Shown: piece after piece, positions 34,701 to 47,696 of the stretch
How the letters are laid out: the number at the start of each line of letters is the position of its first letter
How positions within the stretch are numbered: the stretch's first letter is position 1
DNA from: Klebsormidium nitens
Taxonomy: Eukaryota; Plantae; Klebsormidiophyceae
Assembly: GCA_000708835.1 (NCBI GenBank)
Contig: DF237446.1
Span: 4,130 to 68,129 of the forward strand
DNA length: 64,000 nt
Reading direction: 5' to 3'
Made by a program: the position numbers and the translations under genes
The notes under the pieces: generated by a model
What the model saw: the letters and a program-made list of their open reading frames with translations, nothing else
Told to the model about the DNA's origin: nothing
Database searches by the model: none

Positions 34701-37700
34701 GCGAAAGTTGCGAATGAAGGGGTGTTAGGCGCAGTGAGCGGCGAGAATGGAGGAAAGGCGACGCTGGAGAAGAGGAAGGAGGAAGGAGTGTCGGAAGCCG
34801 TGAGGGGAGGGGAGGGGGGAATTGCAGCAATAGTAAAGCACGGAGGGAAAGAGGTGTCGAAGAGAGAAGAGAAGACTGGCGTAACCATTGCCGGCCTGGC
34901 TTGCAACGGTGGGGACGTCGACGATGGGGGCGTGAGCGGCACAGCAAGCGGCACTCACGAGGAAACGGCGACGGAGAGTAAGGGAGTATCGAAAGCCATG
35001 ATGAAACCGGCGGCGACCGGTGCACCGAGCAGTGGAGCCGACGACGGGGCGCGGTTGGAGGGGCAGAAAAGAGAAAAGGTGGGCATTGCGAGTGGCGGAC
35101 GCTTGGAGGGTGGCCTCGCTGACGTCACCGCTGCGACCGGGGGCAGCGGAAAGAAGCGGAGGACGAAGCGGAAGAGAGCGGCGGGGGCGGGGGGTGTCGT
35201 TTCGGGGGGGTCGGAAGGAGGACTGCAAACGGAAAGTATGGCGGGGGGAGCTTCGACGGAGTACGGGGGTCTGGAGCGTGGGCTTTGGGAAGGGCTGCTA
35301 AGGGGGCTTCAAGAAAGGGAGGGAGAAGTTACCTCTTCCACCGACGGTGGCCGGAATGCTGCAAAGACCGGTGATGTTTGGAAACATGGTGAGGCAGATT
35401 GCTTGGGAGAGGGGAGTCCCGAGGAGAGTAACCGGTCGCTTACGGACGTCGAAACTTTTGACAAAGACGAGCGGAGACCTGCCCAGGGGATCCCTCGTGG
35501 GGAAGAACGGGTTGCTCCGAGAAACGGGGAAGGGGGATGCATCTCCGAGGTAAGTGGCGGCATGGAGTGGGGGCAGAAGCGGAAACGCGCCCGGGGTGCG
35601 GACGTCGGCGCAGACCTGGACGGGCTATCCGGGTGTCCGAAAGCGGACGGTGGCTTATTCGTTCGTGCAGCAGATCTGAAAGCCGGTCAGAAGCTTGACG
35701 GCTTGAGCGACTGCGGCGCTGGAATCGCCGAGACTGCCCTAAGCAAGGACGCGGAAGCTTCTGAGGGAGGGAAGGGGGGAGAGGAGATGGGCGGAGCAAA
35801 GGGGGGAGCAGAGGAGAATGAAGAGCAAAAAGGGGGAGAAAAGGGAGAGGTAGAGCAAGTGAGCGGAGTTGAGAGGAAGGGGGAGAGAGGCGCCGAGGCA
35901 AAGATGGAGGCACATAGAGAGGACCGTGAGACGAAGGAAGAGAGAATAGGAAAAAGAAAGAAGACGGAAGATCTGGAAAGGAAAGCAGGGACCGCGGGAG
36001 GAGTAGCGGATAGGACTCCGTCATCGGGAGTTGATGACGTGGACTGGGAAGAGGCGTCCCTGAGTCTGAAGCCCCTGAGTCCCCCGCTGTCGCCGTTCCA
36101 GCTGAGACTGGCCCAAAGCCCTGGGCTCCAGTCAGAGGGATCCCCTTCCAAGTGCCTCCCCGAGCTCCTTCCAGGTTCGCAGCTACATGTCGACCCGGTT
36201 CCGCCGGACTGCGGAGAACAATCCAAAGCCGGAGGCGACGTCATGCTGAAGTTAATGCCGGGTGGACTCCTGGCGCTTCCCCGGCTGGTCGAGGAGTCGC
36301 CGTCCCCGCTGCCCCGTCAGACAGTGCCAGCTGGCAGCCCCTCAGTCGGCGCTCAAACCCTTCAAATCCTGCCGCCCAGCGACAACCCCTTGCCGGCGGT
36401 TTTCGGCGACGCAGCGAGCGTTGCTCCCTTCCAGATCCCCAAATTCGGCCAGGAAAGCCTTCCTGCGATTGGTTCAGCAGGCGGCGTGCAAGATCCGGAT
36501 TCCGCTTCAAAGGAGCCCCCGCAAAGCCCCCGGGTTGCTCCGCTACAAACTGCCCAGCTCCTAAGCACGCCCCCCCGGAACCAGGGGGCCCAAACCGCCC
36601 AGCAAACGGCCCCCCGGAGCTGCCAAACGTCGACCTCGGAAACTGCCCACCTTCTAAGCACACCTCCCCGGAACCAGGGGGCCCCAACCGCCCAGGAAAC
36701 GCCCCCCCGGAGCTGCGAAACGTCGACTTGCCCGGTGGACCCGGCCTTCGGCCCTACCCCAGAGAGCAAGCACAAGCGCCGGCGGATGTCGTTTTCCCCG
36801 GCCGTTAAAAAGCGCCTCGTCTCGCTGGCCAGCCCGCTGTCTCAGACCGACGCCGATGATACGGACGCGTTCTGTGCCCCAAGGGGATCCCCCTACTTCG
36901 CGCGCAAACGGCGGTCAGAAAACCGGGTTGACGAAAACCGAGCTAGCGACTCCCGATCGTTGCAGCGCCAATCGGAAGTGGGCAGCGTGAGCCGCGACTC
37001 CGAAGTGGGGGCTTCCGAGTCGGATCTGTCGTTTTCGGGGGGGCAACCGAGCTGGGGAGCTGAGGGGGGGAATGGTGAGAGGCCATCCCCCCAGACGAAG
37101 CGTGCGAAATTCAGCTTGTGGCTGGATGAGGGGACGCCGACAAAAGCGGCGCTGGTGGAGAGTCCGCTGGAGCTGTCCGTCCGAGACGGACAAAGTGTGG
37201 AAAACGGAACGGATGACCCCGGAAAGTGGTGGAACGAACTTCGGGGGAGTGAGCCGCTCAAAGCACACACTTTCGGCGGTGCCAATAACAGAGACTTGAG
37301 CGAAGCAGCCTTGGGGGACAGGAACAGCCCTAACTGGGGCCCCCCCAAAGGAGACAAGTCGCAACTCCGTGCGACAGAGTGGGCGGAAGGCGATTTGTTG
37401 GGCGAAAACGGAACGCCGGGCGTCGAACGGTGGCTGACGCTTCCGGAGGGGACTGGTTTCGACGACGAAACGGGGCCCCGGGTGGATAAACCGGGCGCAG
37501 GCCGCCAGCTGAAGACGGGTGTAAAGATGCCCGGTGAAAGTGCACGGGAGAGGGGCGTGGACAGATTGAGGGAGAACTTATCCAGGACTTTGGAGAGGGT
37601 GGGGGTGAAACTGGCGAAAGCGGATGGTGAGAGCGGGGCGCAACGGGAGTCACAGGTGAGATTCGCAACGTGAATCTTAATAAACTTTCTGAGAATTCCA

Positions 37701-40700
37701 CCATGCGGAATCAATTGACTGTTCGTCCGCTAAACGTGCGATCATTCTACATTCCGGACTAGGCTTTGCAATTGCAGAAGTGTGAGGCTTGATGAATGGA
37801 CAGGAGACTCGACATGTTCTGATGGAAGCGGTTTGCATCAAGATAGGAACTGCCTTTCCACACACCCCCGCCGGTCTAGATTCCGCAGCACGCCCTGACC
37901 ATGCTTTAAGCGCGTTCTAAATGCGTATCCGTCGATTTTTTGCTTGCCAGGAGGGTCAAGCTCAACCCAAGCCGGTCAGGCTAGGGCTTCCTTCCGGCAG
38001 CCGCACACGTAAGCCGCCCTGCTCACTTATGCCGGAACTTTTCAGTCGGCATAGAGACGCTGATTGTTGAAGCCAAACATAAATATGGTGCAGTAAACGA
38101 ATCGCTGAGCAGTGCCCAATGTAGCAAAGGTCGTTGGCAGGCAATTACGCGGTTTCTAATGTCAACATAACTGCTGATGTTTCAATGCCCGTGTTACATC
38201 TGGTTGCGGAGACGTTGGCTTCCGGCGTATCTTGGCGGTTTGTCGCATGGGCTGTGCGTGGTCAGCTCAAATCCCGCTTGGAAATATTACTCCAATTGCT
38301 TTACCCTACGGTATAAAGTGGATGGTCTTTCAGAATCAGTCCCTCTTTCTTCGGCTCGTCATCCATCTCTGTGGGTGGTCTGAGCCAAACAAGGCTGACC
38401 TTACGATTGATTGAATGCATCAAGTTGTGCGAGACCCATATGCTGACGTTGCGCTGACGCCACCGTCATCTTTCCGTTCCCAGGGCTACTCCCCGGGCTG
38501 CACCCCGAGTCAATCGAATGCGACAGCCCGGGTGCCAAAGGCCACTCGTGGGATCCCCCAAACGAACTCAAACATGCCCGGGGGATCCCCCACAAATTCC
38601 AGCCAAGCCGCCCCTTCTCTCTGCGGGTCGGCGAGTCCGAGGTGCAACCGGTTAAAGCTCAAACCGGGGAAGCGTACCGACCGTCAAACTCCGGTGTTAG
38701 TAGGGGATCTGACGGGGCCCCTCAACCGGTGAAACTCTCACGTAGCTTGCGTCTGCTCCAAGCGGCAAAGGACATCGCCGATAAACGCGCCGAAGCAGAG
38801 AAGCGCGCCGCAGATAATCCGAACCCGAGCCCGATAACCCTCCCGATAACCCTCCTTAACCAGAACAGGGGTTTGGGTCAGTTTGATTGGACAGGAAGCG
38901 ACAGCCCAGTAGGTTTGAGGGGCATAGGCGAACGGGCCAGAGGGATAAGCGGACGGGAGAGGGATATAAGCGGGGGTGAAAAGGGGATAGGGAGGCGGCC
39001 GAGTCTGGACGAGGTTACGAGGGAGAACACGCGGCTCAACTCGTTCCGGTTGCACTTCCCGCCCCTTCCCCCGGTGGTCAGGAAGAAGAAGCGACGGCGG
39101 TTTGTCATGCGCATGAAGAACGCACCCTGTAACCGGTCCGGTAACGAGTCCCTTAACCCGTCCGGTAACGAGGCCCTTAACTCACCTAGCAACGGGGCCA
39201 AAGTCGGAAGCAATCCGTCCGAATCAGGGGGAAACAAAATCGCAAAGGGGGTGGTCTCGCCTGGCGTTTCTCCGCCCGGGGAGGCGATTCACACCTCGCC
39301 CAATTTTGCACTCGCCTTTCCCGAGTGTGTCAAGTCGGCAACCCACCTCCCCGATTCCCCCTTGTCACCCAGCCCCCTGAAAGCCATCCCCTTCTCCTTG
39401 TTGCTCGACCTGTCCCCCTCTCCGGAAAAGGCCAGCAGCGACTCTGATGACGTCACTTCGGGTCCGGTGACGTCGGATGACGTCACTTCTCAGGACAACG
39501 GCCCCCCCAGGCAAAGGCCCTCCGTAAGCGGCGGGTCAATGAGGAAGGAGAGCCCCGTCCTCAAGGGCCCCGCAGGCTGCGGCAGCCCCCTGCGAACCTC
39601 TAGAGGTTCCGGGTGCCCGAAAAAGAGGGCGGGGACCTCGGGGGGAACTCTGAAGGGTCCCCAAGTTTCTTGGGGCGCGGCTGCGGCCGAGCCCTGGGGA
39701 AGCGAGGGCCCGCAAGCCCTGAGGGGTTTGCAGCCCGGAACCACTTCGGTTAAGGGGATCCTTAAGAGAAGGTCAAGCTTGTCGGGCGACTCTGGGCCCC
39801 AGTCTCGGAGCGTTAAGTCGCCGGAAACAGTGAGCAGAGGGGCGGAGGAGGCCGTTTCTGGGGCCTCATTGGAGGGTGAGTTTCCCAACTGACAAATCTG
39901 AGTTGAAGGAAGGCCGGACATGGGTAAAACATGAAGGTTATTGGAATTGGCTGATCGGGATCGCGTATTGAATATTTCGTTGTTTTCGTGGGGGAAATCA
40001 GAGACACCCATCTAACAAAATGAGTGATCACCATCAATATATTGGTGGTTAAGCAGTTTCATTCAAGGAGGAAACTGATCAAACCCCATTCAGTCAACCA
40101 TCACTTTGCCACCAGTTTATCGAACAAACTCATTCAGTCTGGTTTTGCTTTCTTCCCCTGCAGGTAAGGCGCTCGAAGGTGCTGAGGTCACGCTCGGCGC
40201 TGTCTCGACACCTCCAGACTCGCAGTCACGGGTGAGTTTCCGCTCTGGTTGACAACCTCTATCTCCATGCAAATCGTCTTTCTATTCTTTTCCCCGGCGA
40301 GCCTTTCAAAGTCAGACAAACAAGTGCCTCCTACAATGCAAATCGTCTTTCCATTCTTGTCCCTGGCAAACCTTTCAATGACACACAAACAGGTATTCAA
40401 TGACTCCCAAATTTTTGACTCATGTGAATGAGTCGAGAAGAGCACTTTTCGCGTTGTTGCAAGTCAACTGGGTCAGATCAAGCCGTCATCATCAGCCGTC
40501 ATCTGCAAAAGGATACTCGCGATACCGAAGTTCGTGATGACCATTAGTTTTCAGGATCAACCGAATGTCGTGGGCTTGCACACGAGGCATCATCAGTGAG
40601 GAAGGATTGTTCAGGGCTTCCCTCGGCCGCAGACAAACCTCGGCGACTTCGTGTCTGCGACAGGACTTTCCCATATTGATCCGGTCACATAGGGCTGTCA

Positions 40701-41251
40701 GACAAAGTCTGACAGCTAGCACGTCTTTCCTACTTGAAGAACGTCAAATTGCTGCGCTCAGCGGTGGGTTAAACCGGTCTCTTCGTGCTAACCAGAACGT
40801 TGCTACTTGCAGGAGCTCAATTGCTCGCCGGAAGGTGTCTCCAAGGGGGAAGCCCACAATCAGATCAGTTCTCAAAAGGTGGGCTTCATCTTCTGTTCCC
40901 GTTGTCACATGGAAAAGGCTATGGGAAAGGCTATGATGTCATCATCTGTTTTCCAAACGATTGATGGGCCAATTCAGACGTTTTTGATGGATCGAGAGCG
41001 ACAAAGTGGCATCGTAGAATGTGCGACATTGTCAGCCATATCGGATGATTAAGTTACTGTCGACGGAAGGCTTTCATTCGGTTGATTGAACAGAGACTGC
41101 AGATTTTCCCTGCTCTTGTAATTCAAGACCAAGACCGACTGTGATCAGACTTCTCTCTCCTCACTCTGGCTTTCCTGTTGCTCTGCAGAAGGCTGTGCGG
41201 TTCGCCGACGAGAGCGGCCGGGGCGAGCTGTGCCACTATCAGTGTTGTTGA
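28748..41251 (+). CDS. Very large (~2,900 aa) mostly disordered protein with N-terminal Tudor domain, Cys/His-rich segment, CxxC-CxxC ribbon and C-terminal GILK/RVxF-like motifs (exons 28748-29043, 29149-29209, [unresolved], 29775-30046, 30422-31204, 31649-33849, 34257-37655, 37951-38008, 38484-39875, 40164-40231, 41189-41251)
   Basis: IEAWWPLDKCWYRATV...LVLYEDGDAEEL resembles PDS5/MSH6-type Tudor domains; CHGC...CPNC follows. From 29775 onward every junction is GT-AG and phase-matched. The 29209-to-29775 link is not resolved. Confidence 0.7.
31950..32480 (+). repeat. Degenerate coding repeat (xDAxAx-like hexapeptides)
   Basis: Recurring TCGGAC/TTCGAT-GCC-G.. units encoding SDAGAV, FDAGAT, FDAEAV, SDAEAT, SDAGTV. 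Confidence 0.6.
36549..36728 (+). repeat. 93-bp (31-aa) in-frame tandem duplication
   Basis: TAQLLSTPPRNQGAQTAQQTAPRSCQTSTSE / TAHLLSTPPRNQGAPTAQETPPRSCETST; copies start at 36549 and 36642. Confidence 0.9.
40267..40395 (+). repeat. ~69-bp intronic tandem duplication
   Basis: ATGCAAATCGTCTTT...CCTTTCAA..CA.ACAAACA at 40267 and 40336. Confidence 0.8.
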
Positions 41252-42356
41252 AGCGGGCGGAATTCCGTCGTTGTAGCGAACCGGTTGCGGACGGAATTGG
41301 GTCTGACTGGGACCTTGTGTTGCTTGTACAGCCGCGCAGTGTTGCTCAAATTTAGTGTGCGATGTTAACAGTAAAGAGACGTATTGGACTAAGATGTGTT
41401 GGCCGTGATTGGCACGCGGCTGCATAGAGAGGCAGATTCAAATGCAATCGAGCATTACCATTGAGATCCTGTCAGGCTTAGTTGTTCAGGCCCGAAAACA
41501 GGATGACCACTTTTTTTGTCATGCGCACATGGCCCAACCATGAAGGCGGCCAGCTGAAAAATCCTTTACAGTAGCTCCACCCGGAGAGTGCTCCAAAACG
41601 CGGCCCGTTCGTTTACATGTATACCAAAGATTGTCGTTGCACCGTCAATCAACGAATTTGTTAGCTGCATGGCACGAAATCCTGCATCACAGAACTCTGT
41701 TGAGAGGATCAGATTGCAACATGCAACTTACGTCAGCTGCATTGGATGAATGATGTTACAATTAGTCGCGAGTACGTAACGGCCGCGCATAAATGAAGCC
41801 GCGCCCGGGGAGCTGCATGCATATACAGTGCACCGGCCAATCGACTGGCACGCGCTGGCACGTACGGGCGCGCCGCGGCCGTGCATATGCCACATGTGCG
41901 CATGCATGACATATACACGTATATATCATGCAAAACCGAGTCTGCTCACGCATTGTGACAAGCGCGAGCGCGCGCGGCTGCAGTCGGGCACCCGAACCAA
42001 CAATTGAGCAGCCTGCACGAGACGGAAATGTACATGTCATGGCTGGCACCATGAGTGCGTGCCTACACAAAAGCTGGCTGTTAACTTAAACGGTAAACGG
42101 CCGGGCCAGGCGCCTACAACTAGTGTCTTTTGCACTGAGATCGGACTCATGATATACCGTCGTGCTCCAAGGCTCTGAATATGTAAACATGCCGCCATAA
42201 TCCTGGAAAACATTATATACACGTCCACAATCATCCCCAAACGAACTCCACACTTTAGGTCCACAAACCATATGTCAAGTTCAGTAAGACAACCTTTCCC
42301 CAAAGCCTCGTTGTATTCGCCTCCTCGCAGTGCTCAACACACTGCCACGTGTCAGG

Positions 42357-45300
42357 TCATAGGAACATGTCTCGGAAGTACTCGTCGTACTCCTCCTCTT
42401 TGGACGGCTCCACCTCAGGCTTCTTGCCCGTCCATATGCTGTCGTCCGCCGGCAAAGACCCACCTGAAGATGCACCCAGAAATCTGGTTTGCCCTGATTG
42501 CTCTGAAACGATTATTTTTGGAGGGAATGGTGGGCGGGTTTGACAATGTGGCCCGCAGGTTTCGACGTGACGAAAGGGGAGAATAGAAAGGACCGCAGAA
42601 GGAGGATGCCAACTTCGAGTGCAAACTTTCTCTGCATCTTTTAAGAGGCAAGAGTTCAAGATAGGTTTCGCTTGAAAGGAAGAGCAAGGTTCCGTTTACG
42701 ATCCTTGAATTGATCGAGAGTCTTCACTTCGGCATGCGTACTTGCAAGCAATTGTGCAAACCTGCCGCACTGGGTCAAAAGATGCACCACCAGAAAGCCC
42801 GGCACGTTTCAATCGACGCCTTTACCTATCATGAAACTGCTTCCCTCACGACACCCCAGTCAAAAACCGCCCTCCTCAGCGCGTCACCAGACCGACGCAC
42901 TGAGTCAAAAGCTCAAATGGGACGAGAACTCGTTGTCAAAACCAAAGGGGCAGTGAAGTTTACCTGTCATTTGGGTCTTCGTCTCCGTACTAGTTCCGCC
43001 CTCGCCCTGGGGGGGTACTGCAGGCTGGCCGGAAGGGCTTCCGTCTACCCCCTCTTCCGCCGAAGCAGTGCCGGCATCTTCTTTGTCCGGACCAGGCTCT
43101 CGGTCCGAATCGACGTCTTCTTTCTTCCCCTTACTGTCCCTCCTGCAAGTCGGAAAGGAGGTCAAGTCGAAGCTTGCCCATGAACGGGACACTCTTTCTG
43201 CCAATACGAACCGACGCGTAGGCTATTGATCAAAGGGTGCAGAATAAGAAAACACATTGGAGTCGTGGTTGAGTGATTGGTATTGAATGCTGTCTAAAAG
43301 TACACTCCTTCCACTCGTCAAACGCGGGCCACAGTGAGTCAGTGGTGACTGCATGGAAGAGATGCATTGAACCGTGACAGAGTTTGGTCTTCTCAAAGCA
43401 GGCACAGACCCGGCTTAGAGAAGTGCAAGAGTCGGAAGTTTCGCTGATCGGATACCCTTTTGCCGGTTTACCAAATGTCTCGATTCTCACGTTGATGTTT
43501 TCAAATCATTTTCCATTTCTTATCAGGCCTTTACTGTTTTATCTCTACCCCTCCCGAGCACGGCTTGTACGAATGATCTGCTTCTGCAACCTTGTTGTCC
43601 GTATCCTTCTCCAGTTCCGTTTCCACTCCCAATCCCGTCTCATAATGCTCTCACCTTCGTCGCTTCCTTGACCTTCGCTCCTCTTTCCGCTGCTGCCGTG
43701 CGAGCTCCTTCTCTTTCCGGTAGTTCAGCTTGTAGGCGCACCTGAACGGAAATCGAACGATGTCAAACGGAACCGGAACGGTGTTGGGGCAAGACGTAAT
43801 GGTATACAGCCAGAACGGAACGGAAATGGTTGGAGGACCTGGTGCGGATGCAGGGCTTAAAATGGATTCCGGTCAGAACGAGACTGAACGGAAACGCACG
43901 CTAGAGGAATGCTTTTGGACGAAACGGGGATAGGCAAAATACGGAAACGGAATGGCGTTAGCGAAATCGGAGCGGCCGATGTCCAGCCGTCGCATACGTC
44001 AAGCTGTCGCATACGAGGGCCAACGCCGTACTAATAATGAAACCATTAACCAGAGTTTAATCACTGATTATTCTGCTGACACGAGGAAGCATCAGCTCCA
44101 TGAAGCAATTCTGGAAGGAGAATCTTTTCCACTCTGAAATGACAGATCTGTCGCTCACTTCGGACACAGCCGGAGCTTCACAAGCGCGTTCTTTTCCTCG
44201 CCGGCCTCCTTGTAAGCGAAGTTGACCTGCAACAAACGTCGTAGAAGAGCGTTCCATCTTCGAGTGAAGCTGGCTGTAGGGCACCTGATTCTGAGTTGGG
44301 ATTCGGATTGCGTAAGCGTTGTGTAGGTCGCGCAACTTCGAATCAAGGAAGCCCAGGCGAGAGAACGCGCCCAGAAAATGCGACAAGGAGACGGAAGAAG
44401 ACAAGAACGGATAAGCGGGTCCCCAAAGGACAGAAGAACGTGAATCGTGTAAGATTGGCATAACAAAGAGCACGAGTCGATAAAGTTGAACGGACAGCGA
44501 AAGGAGACGGATAGGGGAAAAGCAGAGAGGCAAAGCGACAGGAACTGACCGACAATAAGAGCGAGCCCAACAGCCGATTAAGCGCGCCAATCGACAGACT
44601 CCAAGAAAGACCGTGCCTACCCTCCAGCACCGGAACCCAGTGCAATCGTGTGGCGGATTGTAAAGGCCGGAACAGGAAGCAAGCGTAGGATGAGACAGCA
44701 GAGCGGACTCTCAAAGGTCAGCTAAGCAGGATGTACTGTGCCAGTAGAAGGGTTTGCAGAGGTTGTTTGCTCCTAACCCACCTCGTAACTACGGAGCCCG
44801 TTGCGCTCGCCGTGCTCCTTGTTGCCGCAGATGAACTGTCCTACGTAGAGCGACGAGCAATTCTTGTGAGATGGCAATGGAGATAATACCCGCAGCTTTA
44901 TCCAAGGAATCTCCTGGGAGCTTTTTGAGTGGACGACGGACAACTGCGGCTTTGAAACCAGAAACGGAACAGCAGCGAAGCGGGAGTGTTCAAAGTTATG
45001 GGTTTGGCGATCGTTGAATCACAAGCTGACAGCAGGACTTCTGATGGGCTACAAAGGTTCCGTCAAAAGAACAAGAAGCTCGGCTGCAGAGAAGAACTCG
45101 ATAAGTTCCTTTGTCTACAGCTGCTTTGAGTTGAAACAGTGTGAAAGAGTGCCCTCAGAGAAAGATATGTGACGAGCCGCATAAAGGGAAAGCTTTGGCC
45201 TTACCCTTGCCGGCAACCACTTCCTTCTCCGTCCGCCATCGCAAACCCACCTGCGAAAACCGGATTCATAATCCGGCAGTCCATGGACATCCGTTCCCCA

Positions 45301-47696
45301 ATTCACGCGCGCTCCGCAGCTTGTGGCTGGCTTCTCACAAATTCCATACCCGAGATTGTTAGATGTTCAAGAGTAATTCGTCCGTCTATTGAGAAGCGAT
45401 TTACGAAGTTGTCCCGCACCATCTTGTCGAGGCACCAGGGGATATGCAAGGGAAAGGCACAAGCATGATATAGAAGACCCCTCAAAAAAGAAGAGAGGTA
45501 TGAACAAGAGCAACAATCTCCACCGAAAGGCGGGGGGGAAGTATGAGCCCCTGCGTGCTTGAGATTGAGGGGGGCAATGTAGGGCGATGTGTAGCTCTCA
45601 GCCGGTGCTCTTGACAGAGGACTGTTCCATCGCCCATCGCGGATCTAGGAGATTGAACGGCATGCTCGGCTTCTGTACACTTTCTGAAAGCGGGCCTACC
45701 TCCACTCCGGCAACTAAGATTAGGAACCAGAAAGCGAAGCCTCCTGAACGGAGTGTGAGGAAAGGGGGGGGGGGACAATAAGAAGATGACTGAACGGCAT
45801 GCTCGGCTTCTGTACACTTTCTGAAAGCGGGCCTACCTCCACTCCGGGAACTAAGATCAGGAATCAGAAAGCGAAGCCTCCTGAACGGAGTGTGAGAAAG
45901 GGGGGGGAAGGGGACAATAAGAAAACAAGTGGACGAAATTCTAGTCCTTCACCAAGCGAGAGAGCCGCTTTCTCGATTGGAAAAGGGGACCGTTTTTCGA
46001 GGTCCGATCCCGCGTCAGACCTAACCCAAGCGGAACAGAATCGATCTGAACAAAGCGGAACAAACGATTCGGGGCTGACCTTGCTTTCCTTGTACCGTGA
46101 CAGGTCAGCAATACAATACCTGCAGGCAATGAAGGGGCGTTTTGACGGGTTTGCCGCAAGGGCAGTATCTCATGCAAACAGACTCTAGCAATCTTAGCCA
46201 CCGTTTCGAAAGGTCGAGGACTCTAACGTCTGGATAAGTGTGGGGATCTACAAGGATTCTTGATCGGCATGCAGAGGCTGCATCATTTGGGAATCAACAG
46301 GTCTTGACTGGGGGGCCTCTCAAGGGCTTCCAAAAGTAACAGCCAATAACGGGGTCAAGTAAAATTGACGTTCCAAGAAGGTTCAAGCCTGGTCGATTCC
46401 GTCCCGATACGGGGAAATGACAAGAGGTGGGCATTTTTCAAACTCACTCTTTGAAGAGTTTGTCGTAATAGCGTTTCGCAAGCCGCGCTTCCCAGGACGT
46501 GTCTGCGTCGTCCTCGTCGGACCTCAGGAACCTGCACATAGCTCAGCATAGCTCATTGGCGCTCGACGCGCAGTTTGCGCATTCCACAAGTATGCTCCCG
46601 GAAGATTTGTCAGATCTTTTGTGCGTAGGAATATCAGCCGACAGATTCCAACGGGCAGCATACAAACTTGTTGTTCGACCACTCCTTTGATCGCACCATA
46701 AATGGTCATGTCGTTGGTACAAGCCTGGCACACTATCTGCACGACAATCAACAAATCATCCTCATCAAACGTACAATGTGTACGTTACTGCCCCAATAAA
46801 AAGCCTTGCAGCTTTCGAGTCTCGTGCGCAACATTCCAGGAAGAATTCACCTCTGATGAGATGAGGGGCACACAATTCTAAGTGTTCCTCTCATGCTGCA
46901 TATTCATGGACTAAAAGGGCATACAAAACTCAGAGAACTCACCGATAGCTTTCCCGCAGGATGTCGCTGTCTGTTTTGACAGGGGCTTTGGGCGGTTCGT
47001 ACTTGCCATCCCCGTAAAACTTGACTGCGGAACCAAGTAAATGGTGGGGTGAGGACTCTATTGAATCTCAAAAGCTTCAGCATACCACCCTGAAGGATAC
47101 TCTAATGATCCACATTAGAATATCATGACTTCCCCGGTGTTGCTAACGAATAACCGTGAGCAGGGCCAACATGGTGGTGTGAACTAGGATCAATTGCTGA
47201 GAACTGCTTTTGCCAAGAAGTTTCTTCCCGGCTGAGAAGGGGACTTGTGCAAGTGATGTGCTCTTCCCCAAGTGGAGTCCAGCATTGTGTTTGGTGTACA
47301 GATGCCCTGAGGGAAAGTGGCTCACCGTAGTCCTCGACAAACCGCTTGTGTCTGTCGTACGCGTTCAAGCCCTTGACATAGTCCTGATAGTGTCTGTGTT
47401 TGGTGCAGTCAAGGGTTCATCATTGGATGTCAATTCCATGCTTCTGGGTCGCCCACAATCTCCATTCACATAAGCAGCATTGCGTTCAGGATCCTCCTAC
47501 TGAACACAATTTGAACGTGTTTAAACCCAGCGCACTGCACACATTTGCAATTCTAAAGCCTCCAGCATTGGGCTATTTCGACACAAGTAACCAACAAAGA
47601 AAAATTGATTAAACTCTGGATATGGGATGGTGAAGGATACTGCCTCCGTTGCTCCCTGGAAAGCACGTCATTCTTAAGAGCTGAAAAAGTCGTCAT
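42357..47696 (-). CDS. FRA10AC1: FRA10AC1 homolog, ~291 aa, 11 exons (47696-47641, 47393-47326, 47024-46943, 46531-46448, 46119-46080, 45250-45205, 44840-44782, 44226-44159, 43741-43655, 43142-42964, 42463-42357)
   Basis: GLNAYDRHKRFVEDY, KTDSDILRESYRFLRSDED, WEARLAKRYYDKLFKEYCIADLSRYK, VGLRWRTEKEV, GKGQFICGNK, SYEVNFAYKEAGEEKNALVKLRLCPKCAYKL, EEEYDEYFRDMFL*. All junctions are phase-consistent. Confidence 0.95.
45654..45923 (+). repeat. 137-bp near-identical tandem duplication in a FRA10AC1 intron
   Basis: TGAACGGCATGCTCGGCTTCTGTACAC...GGACAATAAGAA starts at 45654 and 45791. Confidence 0.9.

Noticed and set aside
37653-37673. QVRFAT as an RVxF motif and stop of a separate gene
   Set aside because: It is read-through into an intron (cag|gtgaga). 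Splicing to 37951 continues the frame.
31617-37714. Many 100-270-aa minus-strand and alternate-frame ORFs
   Set aside because: Expected by-products of long GC-rich low-complexity exons on the plus strand.
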